64,000 nucleotides of DNA from Octopus vulgaris (GCA_951406725.2 OX597816.1:88598001-88662000); one strand, 5' to 3'; positions 25,432 through 38,885 are shown, counted from the first letter of the stretch. The notes: a model not told the origin generated them from the sequence alone. Program-made: numbers and translations.

Positions 25432-27206
25432 GTTTCTAAGATATTTGATAATAGATTAAATTAAACCAGAACAAAGATTTGAAAGGTAAGGAAGTGAAAA
25501 CATTACAACAATATAACAATATATATATCGTAAACAACAAAACATGAATGTTCTCTGAGAAACATGGAGACGGAGAGACTTCCGTTGTCATGTATTTTCT
25601 TTTTATCTTTTAAATTCAGAATTCACCCGAGCTGCAGCCACGTGCCGTAGCCCCTCCCCCGTCCCTGCAATGTCAGATTTACAACGCCTAAATTCACTGC
25701 ATCACAAGTTCTTCTTTTTCACAGGCCCAGTTGTACTTAACATTATGCCAAAACAAATGAACAAAGAAAAAAATCCCTTAACCTCCAAACGATACATGCA
25801 CATATTTCTTCAAGGGATACCAGACAAGCCACCTATACCAGGATAGTCTCAGTCAACAACTCCCAACTCCAATGGATCATGATGCCACAAAACTACTAAA
25901 CATGACCTCGGCCAAACTTTTGGCCGAATCATGTCTGAGTTTTTCTAAGTTTTAAGCCTTTACTCAGTTTGCTCAAGTGAAAGCTCTTTCATGCTGAAAG
26001 AAATTCCAACAATGCTATACAAATTACAAATATTGTGTATCAAATCCTGTGTGTTAAATCTTGCATTTAAAATCTTAGGTTTCTAGGACCACATTACTCA
26101 ACTTGTTCTTCCTTTTTTCTTTTATTTTTGATGGTAGAGATTTCATATTTAAAAGGGTGTTGGTTACTATTTTAGCAAGTAGAACAACCATTTAGAGGCT
26201 CATTCTTAGCCCTGTGATGACCTATAAAAATAAATGATAAATCCATGACAATACGGAGATTTTTTCTAGGCATAGTATATATACGTTATTCAATGGGTGC
26301 TCCATTTTATTTTAAGAAGGTAGTTTGTGATTCGAAGGCTATCATATCTATCAAGCCGAAAACCTGCTTAGAGATTCCATTGTTGTCTCAACTATTCTCA
26401 AACAAATAATGGGATGTGGCACACAACCACCGAGTATACTACACCCAAGCCTTGGAAATGATCACCCTTACTAGCAGCGTGGTAGTCCTGGAAAACTGGC
26501 GTCTTTAATGTTTAGTTTAGTTTTATATGGTAGTTGATGTTAGGACCAGGACAATAAGGAAAATGTATTTCTAAATAATCTTATTTTAGGAGCATACAGT
26601 ATTACCCTAATTAATATGTCATTCCATGTTTAAGATACTATGGACTGACACAAGGGAAGAATGGGTACTGTTTTTACCAAGACGATTAGCCTTTGAAAAT
26701 ATCCATTTTGGCCTGTAGGTAGTCGTAATAGCTACAACCGATATGGGTAAGAGTCGTACTGGTTAGTGTGCTTCACTTCCTATTCATCATTATATATGAA
26801 TGAATATTTGCATGCATAACATTAGTAGTAATGAAAAATTCTGGAGAGACTATTGATGTCGCTGTTTCACTGTATGAATGCTTGTGTTTAGTTTGAAAGG
26901 CTGAGCTACAGAAATATTATTTTGTTGTTTCTTTTTGTGTGTGCTATAAACAGAAGGGAAGAAGGTTATCATATATCTGAATTTGCTTTTATTTCAATTC
27001 GGATTTCATGAATAACAACATTGTTGATTATAGATGTCCTCCAAGCGACCAACCACTGGTTCATTGCATTTGGGATTTTCTACGCAATTCAAGTGGAAAA
27101 ATTATCACAATGAATTTTCTTTGGAAAACACCAGTTTTGTCGATTTCCGGCGATGTTTACATTGATGGATGATACGCATTGGTGAATGACAAACATACAC
27201 ACACAG

Positions 27207-27269
<63 letters not shown>

Positions 27270-27444
27270 TAGATAGATAAATCTTCTCTCTCAGACAGAC
27301 ACACACACACACCCACACACATATATATAGATAGATAGATAAATCTTCTCTCTCACAGACACACACACACACATTCATACATATGTGTGTGTATGTGTAA
27401 TCATGTAATCTATGTAAATATATATATACAAGTGTGTGTGTTTG

Positions 27445-27499
<55 letters not shown>

Positions 27500-27517
27500 G
27501 TGTGTGTGTGTGTGTAG

Positions 27518-28990
27518 CGCGGGGCGACAAATTTTTTCAGCCACCCAAGGAATTATTATAATTCTAGAAAGTTTACGTTGTGGAGTTACTTACATTAGCT
27601 AAATACGTACTTCTGAACTTTAAATTGACTGAAAGAAGTTCCAACCACGTTTCGTGGTTCGCTACCTGAACGGCTCCTGTATAGCATCAAGTGGCTACGG
27701 ACATCATCAAGAGGAGCTACGTCCGGTTTCAGCCCATATTTCTCTACCGTTTTCTATGCTTGTTTCAGTCTTTTCTGTAGTGCGAGCACTTTTTGAATAT
27801 TTTGATAAAACACTATGTGATATTATTTTTCGAACATAACAAACTGCTTATTTTAGCATTACCCTGGACATTTCCTTCAAACAATTTTGTGCAAAGGTTT
27901 TAGTGCACACCCAGTATACAGTAATCCAATAAGAATTAGCCCTCAAGAAACATTTCTTCAAAACAAAACAAAAAAAAAATTAATGAAAATGACTTCATCC
28001 GAAATTATTCATCCAATAATTTCTTTAATTCGAAGGAAGAGAGAAGGGGCCCTACACCTTAGAAAAAGTAGATGTTGATTTGATGATCTTGATGTCCACG
28101 GTGGAATATATGTTTAAAAAATGTCTATAGCCGGAAGAGAAAAATAGGAAGGGAAAAGTCGCTTGGGAAGAGAAATTAAAGGCGAATGATGATTGTGTCC
28201 CGTGTACAAACAACTGGAGAAAAGGTAACGGCACGGAAGGTGAAGAAGAAATGTCAAATAGAAATAAATATCCGAACAGTTCAAAGGATGCTCAAATACA
28301 TTGGATAAGGCCAAGAGGAAAATTCATTTCAGCAAAAAACATAAGAAGGCCAAGTTAGACTTCGCAAAATTATAGTCAACCACTTCTGTCGATTTTACTA
28401 AAGTAATTTTGACTGACGGGAGACAATTTAAGTTCTATGAAAACCGACAGCCGGTGCTCTTGGTCAAAAGCACGATGAACCAGTGATGCTGAACAAAAGG
28501 CAGATGGGCACATCTAGAGTCATGGTATGGGACATAGTCTTTCTAAGTGGATAATTTTGGTTAACGTGGCTAAAAGGAAGGCAGAATAGCATGAGTAAAA
28601 TCTATTTGAGGCAAAGAAGAAATACGAGAGAATTTTATCATCCAATAGGATAACTGCAGCATTCACATGTCAAAATAAACCAAGAAGAAGATGGAAGACA
28701 TGAAAAGAAGTCAACTAGAATGGCCAGTGAGGTGTCCACACTTGAATATAATTGAAAAAGACATGGTACAGGTTGGCACAGTTTGTGTATGACGGACAAG
28801 AAATGACAAGTGAGGCCGAATTAAGGAAATGGATTTTAGAAGCGTAAAGAAGACTGACGGAAACAAAATAGAAATGTTATAATGAACATGGTTGTCCAGT
28901 AAAACGAACGAATAGTGCAAGTGATTGAAAAGAAATGCAACTATGTGGACTACTGAAGTTGAGTGGTACTGTCCGAAAAATATTGTCACA
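27518..28990 (+). mobile_element. Tc1-family (DD34E-like) DNA transposon fossil
   Basis: HKKAKLDFAK..FTKVILTDGRQF (cf. VIFSDE), VMVW, IQ*DNCSIH (cf. QQDNA..H), LEWPVRCPHLNIIEK (cf. WP..SPDLNPIEN); imperfect TIRs gcgacaaattttttcagccacccaa and ttgagtgg..gaaaaatattgtcac. Confidence 0.85.
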
Positions 28991-29254
28991 TTTACTCTTT
29001 TACACTTTTACTTGTTTCAGTCATTTGACTGTGGCCATGCTGGAGCACCGCCTTTAGTCGAGCAAATCGACCCCAGGACTTATTCTTTGTAAGCCTAGTA
29101 CTTATTCTATCGGTCTCTTTTGCCGAACCGCTAAGTTACGGGGACGTAAACACACCAGCATCGGTTGTGAAGTGATGTTGGGGGGACAAACATAGACACA
29201 CAAACGTATGCGCACACATACATACATACATACATACATAAATACATACATACA

Positions 29255-29286
<32 letters not shown>

Positions 29287-29461
29287 GATATAGATATACG
29301 ACGGGCTTATTCAGTTTCCGTCTACCAAATCCACTCCCAAGGCTTTGGCAGGCCAGAGGCTATAGTAGAAGACACTTGCCCAAGATGCCACGCAGTGGGA
29401 CTGAACTCGGAACCATGTGGTTGGTAAGCAAGCTAATTACCAGACAGCCACTCCTATGCCT
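28991..29461 (-). mobile_element. Full-length tRNA-derived SINE family B (CORE-like) with internal microsatellite
   Basis: Minus: aggcataggagtggctgtctggtaa (A box)..gagttcagtccc (B box)..ggcatcttgggcaagtgtcttctactatagcc..; tail of (agagtaaa)-like repeats; collinear with the copy at 61043. Confidence 0.93.
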
Positions 29462-29462
29462 T

Positions 29463-29569
29463 AAAAAATATGGAACGCCTCACGAATTTGCGTGTCATCC
29501 TTGCGCACGGGCCATGCTAATCTTCTCTGTATCGTTCCAATTTCAGAATATCTTCCGCCCATGAAATAC
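29463..29569 (-). pseudogene. RNU6: U6 snRNA copy (pseudogene or retrocopy)
   Basis: Reverse complement aaattggaacgatacagagaagattagcatggcccgtgcgcaaggatgacacgcaaattcgtgaggcgttccatatttttt matches the canonical U6 3' ~80 nt (ACAGAGA box, AGC triad, ISL) with about two substitutions; the 5' ~27 nt is much more diverged. Confidence 0.95.
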
Positions 29570-29998
29570 TACATAAATGAAATGCTACATACGCGTCCAG
29601 GGAGTGCAATCACAAGAACATTATACACATGTCTACATTCTTTTACTTAGAAGTGTGTTTTTCACTAAGTGTCACTAAGAGGTGCGAGAGCATGTCCCCA
29701 ATCAACTGTCTAAAACAGGTAATAGATACGATAAATTTAAATGCAATATATATGTGCGTGTGTGTATATATACACTCATACACACTAATATACATATATA
29801 TGTATCTATGCGAGTGAATATACACGCATAAACCGACTGTTTTCATATTTACCCCAGCTGATGAATTCCCTCACAGAGTATTTGTCATCACCAATCTTAG
29901 GGAGACCCTGTCCGGAGTGCACGCGTAGTGCACTTCGGTTTCCGAGCGAAATATTTAACTACATCACCAATGGTAATATACACACGTATATAAATATA

Positions 29999-30015
29999 TG
30001 TAGTAGTAGTAGTAG

Positions 30016-30057
<42 letters not shown>

Positions 30058-30212
30058 CGCTGCTGCTGCTGCTGCTGCTAATAATAATAATAATAATAAT
30101 GATAATAATAATAATAATGGTGATGATGATGATGATAAAGTAATAGTAATAAAATGTAATAGATAGATGGATAAGTAGTAGTAGTAGTAGTAGTAGCAGT
30201 AGTAGTAGTAGT
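29999..30212. repeat. Compound trinucleotide repeats (TAG/TAC/TGC/TAA/TGA)
   Basis: Directly visible. Confidence 0.93.
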
Positions 30213-30631
30213 ATATTAACCGAATGTAATTATATTCATGAATACGATGAAGATGATGACTACGACGACGATATATATTGATGGATTGTAAGTGTATACG
30301 TGATTCTACCAATCCACAGTTCAAATATTTTGGGTGAAATGTATTTGATGAAACCCTCTTCAGGAAAAATGTACACGTTAAGCACTGAATGATTGATAAT
30401 GACTATCGATGATTTGAAAAGGGAAAAAATATTATATAATATCTTATATTAAATTAGTTGTTTTTGTTTTTTCCCCTCTAGTCTAGAGTATAATGACATG
30501 GGAAATCATCAAACGTTACCGAAAATACAATTTAATCTCGACACTCACTTATACACAGACGCATATGCATACACTCAGAAACACACTCATTGACATATAC
30601 TAACACCCATACATCACACACATACACACAC

Positions 30632-30692
<61 letters not shown>

Positions 30693-30859
30693 AAACAAAT
30701 CAGGAAACTGAAAATATTTTGGTATGATTTATTCCCCATTACGTGTGTTTCATTCCCTTTCGATATAGACAAATAAAAATATACTATATCAAATTGGGTG
30801 AACTTGCCCTGTCTATACTCTGATCAGTTTTAAACCATGAAATATCCTCATTGTTGTTA

Positions 30860-31075
30860 CGCCATAATAATTGATTGAAAGTTCTCCTTGTGTCGTCAAT
30901 GAGCTTTCTCAGTATATGATTGCTCGCCAACCCAATTTGCGACTTAGTCTGATTAATCAGGCGGCATTTGGTGTTACAGGCAAAAGTTTGTTTGTGGCCT
31001 TGATGGTGGTAGAGGCACTTCTCTTAACTAACGCTTTCACCCTATCATCTATACCTAAAATGCTGCTTGGTTTCG
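30860..31075 (-). mobile_element. Penelope-like RT fragment
   Basis: Minus translation TIK/HKQTFACNTKCRLINQTKSQIGLASNHILRKL (cf. TLKDHK.NF...P.CRLINP.KSEIG..SK.IL). Confidence 0.75.
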
Positions 31076-31499
31076 TTGTTATTACTATCATATGAATATA
31101 ATGTAGTCGTCTACGTTTCTATATGATGTTATACTTTTAAAAGCCTATCGTATGTGCAGGGATCAAATCTATATTATTTTTTTTTGTTTTGTCAGAGAAG
31201 AGTAAAGCCCAATCCGAATTGCTTAGCAGGCGAAAATCGAAAGAAAGTTACGGCACCATCATTGCGTCCAACAATAACAGCAACAGCTGCAGCGATACCA
31301 ACTGCTGCAGCAGCACTAACGGGTGGATTTGCCAGTGACAACAGCAATGGCAGCGATAACAAAAGCAACAACAAAAGCATCCTTCACGTCCTTAACATTT
31401 ATTTCCTATATATAATTTTGATCAGTTACTTTGTTTTCAAAATTTCCCCCTGTTTTTGTTATTTCCGTATTTTCATTTCAATAGGTATGTTAATAAGCC

Positions 31500-33100
31500 T
31501 TTTTCTGCATATAGATCCTTGAAGATGTTTATGAATCACCTCTGTTCATGCAATAACAGAAGATTCGTTTTTGGCGTCGTTTATATAGTCTGACGATTTA
31601 AAAAGGTCTTTTGATATTCTTTTTTTTTTTTTTTTTGCATGTTTGATGTGGCTCAATGCGATATTTTGTTACATTTTCATTCTTCTGTTCAGCACCTTTC
31701 CCAGGTTGTTTGGATTTTACATCCGTTAACAAAGTGTAACTATTTGGTGTGGTCATGAGTAGTAGCATGAGCAGAGTCAGCAACGTAATGTAATGAATCG
31801 GGTAAATTATACTATAATTACCAATGTCAGTTTTCACTTTTTTAAAAAAGTGCAATGAGGAAATGTTTTTGATCTTCTCTGTTCTATTACTGATCCGATA
31901 AAAGCTGTTTTTCATCCAAAGGATTTAGTATTTTGAATTCGCTGATTTGTATTGCTGTGTATAAATATAATGATCAGTAAAAACCCCATACATTGAGCTG
32001 TCAAATGACACTCATAAATCTCGACAAGCGCCCTATTGATATAACTTTATTTCTAACTCTAATTTGAATATTTACTAGCATTGGTAACAGTGACCTTATG
32101 CATGTTCGAAAATATGTATAGTCTCCACACATGGTTCTTCTCATATAAATATAGTATTTTTGTGAGGTATGATTGATTAACGATGTTTTCAAACAAAGGA
32201 CACAATCTTTATGTTGCATGAAACATAAATTTGGATTAATTCCAAGGTAGCATAAGAGCAAGGACTGCTACAGTTTTGATGCAGTAAACGTGTAAATATT
32301 TTAAGTCTATCGAACACATACAAGTTATAATATTATGTTCTATGTTCTTATTGCAAAAGAATGCCGATTTCCCATTAGAAATTTTGCTTTCTAGTCCCTT
32401 AAGGAAGGTGCAAAAACAAATATGCCCAATCTACCTGTCAGTCCTCAGACTGTTTTTTCTGTAATTGCTTTTCAATGTTTGGCGAATTCTTGATGCTTGA
32501 GGGTATCTCTCACTCTCATTTCGCATTTGGGCCAAACGCCACTAAATGATCGGTCTACCCCATCCATTTGCAAAGGATTTAATTTCAACAAATTAAGAAA
32601 TATATTTTGCATGTTATTTAATATAGTCTTACTAATTTTTGGTTGTTCAAATACATACCATTATTCCTGTCGAATTATCTCTTCTAACTTATTCTTTCGT
32701 ATACATACATAAATACAAATTTATTTTGTTGATGTATTTGATTATTATTCTAAAATATGCCCGACGTCCAGCCGATTCTCTGGATATTATGAAGTGAATT
32801 AGCTGTGACAGACGACCAACAGATAGTCCACAAATGAGAGTGATTTAATGAACCTTAGACGTGTCGATTTGCATTACCTATCCAATCCTATACTCCAGAC
32901 TGTACAGATTCGAAAAATGGTCTTTATTGCTTCTCTGGTTCTTAATGTCCGAAGAACAAGACATTGTGTAAGATTCCTAACAAGGCTTTCTCTTCATAAC
33001 CTGAAAAGTATTAAGTTATTTGATTTATCGAAACATCTTAAAAACAATAGAAACAGTGCTGAATAACGAAATCGTTTTTTTTTTTATCTTTTTGTCACGT
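31500..33100 (-). mobile_element. Very degenerate LINE fossil
   Basis: ORF 31598-31915 contains FKKVKTDIGNYS..ITLL (cf. KK.K.D..NYRPI.LL); boundaries uncertain. Confidence 0.35.
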
Positions 33101-33810
33101 TAGTATTTTCCTTAGATCATAGCTTGGTGTTCACCAGTCCTGTCTCTCTAATTCAAAATTTACCACAAAATTGCGTCTATGACAAATCAGTAACTTTACA
33201 GTTATCAAATCATATATAAGAGTAATATAGTTACCCTTTCTTTTTGTGGTTAACCGCTGAAACATAAATATATCTTAGATAGTATGACCATTTGTAATTT
33301 GCAACCATCTTACATATATTTGATCGAAAGTTTTCTGATAGCAGTATGCATTGGTCCTAAACAAGTACTTCCATAAACTAGTTTTAAAGTTTTAAATGCT
33401 GTCTTAAAATACACGCTCACATATACATACATGCATAAACACATACATACATACTTGTGTGTGTTTGTGTGTGTGTCGTGTGTGTGTGTGTGTGTTGTAA
33501 GTTCCCTTCACTACCATAAGCAGTCTTTTTTTTTATATATATAAGCGTCAATAGAAGGAATTCGTAATGATCTTCATATTGATGACATTCGAGTAATTGA
33601 ATAATTTGAGCTAAGAGCATAAGAACTGAAACATGCATCGCAAGGCATATCGTTTGAGTTTCTAAGATTTTTGTCAAAATAGCAATTCATATTTATTCAA
33701 GAAGGCTAAAACTTGAAATTAATCGCTGCAGGATTTGAACCCAGAGCCTGGACAGCTATAATACAATGTGAAAACAAAATGCAAACTAATATATATATAT
33801 ATTATATGCA

Positions 33811-33811
33811 G

Positions 33812-33902
<91 letters not shown>

Positions 33903-33903
33903 C
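33811..33903. repeat. (GATA)n microsatellite
   Basis: Directly visible. Confidence 0.95.
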
Positions 33904-35180
33904 ATATATGTTTTTTTGTTGCGGAGAGATATGTCGTGAGATATACAATATATCATACAATATTCTAAATTTATTAGCTATCGTTATAATATGCACGAAA
34001 ATGTAATCGGCTTTTGAAATTGGGAAGCGTGATATAGACAGCATGATATGGGAAATTGTAATTATATTCCTCAATTGCAATTCAAAATCGAAATGAATCG
34101 TTTCAATATAAAATGGTAATTGGGAATTTAAATGAATTATCTGGGAAGATAATAACACTCCTGGATTTTATTAATTTATATTTTCGTATACTTTCAGTAA
34201 AGTGTGTATGATAAAGTAATAATGTCGACAGAGATAAAGGAATGCAGCAACGATTGTCCAAGAAAGTGAACTTGAAGCGTATACTGCAACACATGAACTA
34301 GACCTCTTAACACGCATGTATGTTTGTGTGTGTGCGCGCGTTTACAAATATGCATATATATATATATATATATTATCTATCTGCATATATGTATTTTGGA
34401 TGTATATACATGTGTGTATGCGTATAAACACTTCGATATATATCTATAGTTACACACGCACACACATATACATAAATTCTAGTATCTAAATAGAATGCTT
34501 GCTAATTGGTATGAAATATAATCAGAATGGTTAGAGATTGCCGACGCTCAAAATTACGTTTATCTAGCAAACATCGTACTGCCATCAGTAAACAACTGCC
34601 GGAGATGACCTTGTTTCAAATTCACATGGACGCCTTTGTGGTGACTATATTTTATGCTTAACGTAGCATGCTTTACACATTGAGCAAATTCAAGGCCAGA
34701 ATTTAACTCGTGACCAGATGGTGTACGTTTGTACTATCTGATGCATGTTGATCACTACAAAGGTATGTGAGAACCATTTCAATAGACATAATGTATTCTC
34801 TGCCATATTTCTAGATACATTCGCCACATTCTAGAGCTGCCTGATATATCATTAATGGGAATGACTCAAGTATGTGTTTCATGAAAAATTATCGTAATAC
34901 CTAATGCATATGTGTGCAGTGGGAATCTAAAGCTATATAGAAACATCGCTATCTACATACACTGAGGCATATTTTGTATATGCACAGTTTCGTTCATAAC
35001 AGACACGTAGCATGCTATGGAGATACCAGGACTGGAGAAAAGGCATTCAAGTATGCAGTTTCCCAGTAAATTTTTTCATGAAATATGCATTGGTATTATT
35101 CCTGTTATCGTATATTCTTTCGTTAAACTCAATATAATGATCTAAATCATTCGCATCTCTTTGTGCGTGTGTGTGTGTGC

Positions 35181-35215
<35 letters not shown>

Positions 35216-35299
35216 TGTGTGTGTGTGTGTGAGTGTATGAGTGTGTGTGTGTGTGTTTCTGTGTGTGTGCTTCAAGTCTGATCCCAGTTCGACGATATT

Positions 35300-36800
35300 C
35301 TTGCTTTAGTTGTTTTATACTGTAAATATGAAAACAATATTGTTGTAGTTGTTCATCTCTAATCTTATAGATTTATGATTGAATGTGTTGCGGCCATGAG
35401 TATCCAGTGTGTAATATTTCGTGACAGGAAATGATGATTACATCATAAAATGCATTCGCCATTTCTTAACACGCTTTTGTAAGAGGTTTGAGAGTTTTGG
35501 TAATAGATCGAGCGATTTCACAGAACAGTACTACTCAAACATTTTCAACTGCCATCCGCTTTCCATTTACTCACAATTTTTAATGTAATACAGTTTTTGT
35601 AAGGTGCATACACGTAATACCAGGTAGAGAAATTTAGTTTCGACTACTTTTTTGATGAGGATGACTACTTGCCACAGATCCATTCTTTTACGAATATCGA
35701 TGCATCAAAGTTTCATCTTGATTTCTAATTAATACAGATCAATTTTCGCTGAGCTATTCATTTAGACTCGATTTATAATACAAATTATTATGCCACATTT
35801 GTACAGTTATAATGTCGTAACTGTTAAATATACTCGTTGAATTGGCCAACTGTTCGTTAAAACGCTCAACGAAAACCGAACAATTTAACTCGTCATTTCA
35901 ACGAAACTCAAACAGGTTTTCTTGATATTTTGCATATGACCCTGTAGCAACCAACTGACATTTATCTATATATCAGAATTTATAATTTTCTTTAATATAG
36001 GAGGCAGAGACTTACAAAATTATACACCTTGCTCGGCGGTGCCTATATAACAAACCCCAACAACCGGCAAATAGTACCTTCCCCTTTCGGAAAGCACTGG
36101 TATACAGAATATCTACTTGATTGTTAAGATGAGACGCTATAAAAATATAGGTTGTTTCAGATCACGAAATATACAAACATCGTATGCACGTGGATATTTG
36201 TGTGATTTGTACTGAAACGGTAACCATCTTAATTTGTCTATAAGTCATGTGTGGTTTAATCATTATGCATAACAACATTAATTATATACCAGCATTTTCA
36301 GTTTAGAAGTTAAAGGTATCAGTAATAGAATATAACATTCATCGCTGAAACAAGCAAAAACAAAACAGAAAATTAAATTTGAATAATCTTCAACAACTGT
36401 ATTCCATGTGGGATTCGATAATTTAGCAATTTTCTTGTTTCATCTTCGAAGCTTGAATAATCAAGAGTCCCAGCGTAATACTGTGTTTCATTCTTTAATA
36501 TCATCCATTGATGTAATGTTTTTAATGTGTCAATAGAAGCAGTTTAAGATCCACCGAAACATTGTTATATCGTTGCGCTTGGTATTCTCTACGGTAAACA
36601 TTTGCACATGACTTACACAGTTGTATTTCATTCCTACGACAGTGATACGATTCGGCGCCAAACGTTATTCTAATTATTCAGTTGTATAGTCGAAGGTTCT
36701 GCTTTTCATATGGACTCGTAATCTTTGCCGGCTAATGGTTACAAATTATATTTTTGTTAATTATCGATTTTTCTAACTGACCTTGTTATTATAGTTCATA
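35300..36800 (-). mobile_element. Very degenerate RTE-like LINE fossil
   Basis: Minus remnants YRH../.SKVYN (~36030-36045), DIRKRM (~35690), GYSWPQHI (~35395; cf. GISW.DHI.N). Confidence 0.35.
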
Positions 36801-37093
36801 GTATCTCTACCACCGTTCGTCATCTCACATTTATCAATTGACAAACTAACATGGAGTAACCTGTTGATGACTTTCTGGGGCAGCAAATGCACACTATTCT
36901 TTTGCTTAGGTATTTACTATTTAGTGAGCAAATTTATATATTTCTATAACTGTCTCAGTCGTGCTTATTTATCCAGATTATCGCGATATTTTACATTGTG
37001 GTGCGTGATTTCTTGAACTGCATTTCATCCACCTTCTGGAAAACACGATCTGGAAAATAACATTTGGAAAATATCCACTCACCACCATGCGTG

Positions 37094-37132
37094 TATTCAA
37101 ATACACGTAGGTTTACTACGTGTATTTGAATA
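37094..37132. repeat. Perfect 17-bp inverted repeat with 5-nt loop
   Basis: tattcaaatacacgtag-gttta-ctacgtgtatttgaata. Confidence 0.95.
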
Positions 37133-37463
37133 TCGAGAACACCTCAGTGACTCATAGACAATGCTAGAATATGCACAATCATTTAAGAAAGGATTATTTT
37201 AAATCCTTCCTGAATAAATTAAAACACTCTTCTTTAACTCCGAAGCATACATAAACCGTAAGCTATGGTGTTCATCATTTTAACAGTCTAGAGATATTCT
37301 ATACATTACGTCTTCAAGGTTATAACGTGTGTAATCAACTGAAGGTCGAAGGAACGAAACACCCTTCGTGTTTTTCATAAGACTTTCTATGACAGAATTC
37401 AATTCTCACCCATATACACACACCTTACAGAGACGTACATATGTTTATACCTACATATAAGAC

Positions 37464-37498
<35 letters not shown>

Positions 37499-37607
37499 AC
37501 AGTATAAGAGCAAATGCTATTACAAATAGATTTCTTTCATTAAAAATTTATCAGACAGAAGATAATGAAGTTTAGTTGACATGTCTATATACCTACGATT
37601 GTTTAAC

Positions 37608-37658
<51 letters not shown>

Positions 37659-38056
37659 CATATAGCTCTGTGAGTGTGTGTGTGTGTGTGTGCAAAGAGA
37701 GAGAAGAAGACGGAAGGAGAGAGTGAAGAAGAGGATATTGAAAAATGTACGAGCGTGGATATAAGACTAAATTAATAATGGGTGAAGTAGGTGAAAATTG
37801 AAAGAAGTGGCATACAGACTTGCAAAATATTCAAAGAATATTACGGAAAACAGAAAGATATTATTTTAGAGTCTTAAGATTAATAGGTGTGGACTATTGG
37901 GTAAGGGTTATACTGGAGATTATCGACGTTCTAAGAGCTACAGTGCAAGTATGATAGTAGGTATCCATTCAGGGTGAGGTGTTTTAATACATCCTTAAAA
38001 ATGTTTTTTAAATAATTGTTCGGGCGCACGTAGGTTAGTGATAATTCAAACAATAA

Positions 38057-38288
38057 AGGCGGTGAGCTGGCAGAAACGTTAGCACACCGGGCGAAATGCT
38101 TAGCAGTATTTTGTCTGTCACTACGTTCTGAGTTCAAATTCCGCCGTGGTCGACTTTGCCTTTCATCCTTTCAGGGTCGATTAAGTAAGTACCAGTTACG
38201 CACTGCGGTCGATGTAATCGACTTAATCCGTTTGTCTGTCCTTGTTTGTCCCCTCTGAGTTTAGCCCCTTGTGGGTAGTAAAGAAATA
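38057..38288 (+). mobile_element. Young SINE family A monomer with 17-bp target-site duplication
   Basis: TSD gataattcaaacaataa at 38040-38056 and 38289-38305. Confidence 0.95.
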
Positions 38289-38352
38289 GATAATTCAAAC
38301 AATAACGTATTTATCTATTCTTTCATGAAATATAATAAAGTTTCCTTTTCGA

Positions 38353-38588
38353 GGTATGCCGACTCATAAGGGCCGGTTTCTCGGGTTCAGTTGCGTATAA
38401 ATTCCGCACCTGTACAGGATGTCGGTCCGTCGCAGGGTTATTTATTTTTGCCAGGTGAGGGAACTAGAGCAACGTCAAAGGATTTTTTTTTTGCTCAAGA
38501 ACACAATGCGTCGTCCGGTCTAAGAATCGAAACCACAATCTTACGATCATGAGTCTCACACTCTAACCAATAAGCCACGTGCTTCCAC
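38353..38588 (-). mobile_element. tRNA-derived SINE family C
   Basis: Minus head gtggaagcacgtggcttattggttagag..gtggtttcgattc (A/B boxes), then tgtgttcttgagcaa; the 3' part is shared with 49885-50175. Confidence 0.8.
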
Positions 38589-38885
38589 ATAATGGCAGGT
38601 TTGAACTTAAATATCTGTTATGCGCTACAAATGAATGCTTCACCGGTCCACAGGTGCACAGGGAAGGGGAGTCACCACAATGTTTCGACCTCTTGTTGTG
38701 TTTCTTCAGTTGAAGCTATGTCATGACGATATGAATGAATCTCTGAAGTGAAAGAGCTTTTGTTTATAGGAATCAGTATATATACTATTTGAAGATCTGT
38801 GCAAAAAAAAAATAAATAAAATAAACATGATGTTAACGAATGAGTAAAGCATGAATAAATATATGAAGGGACATAAAAATACGTA

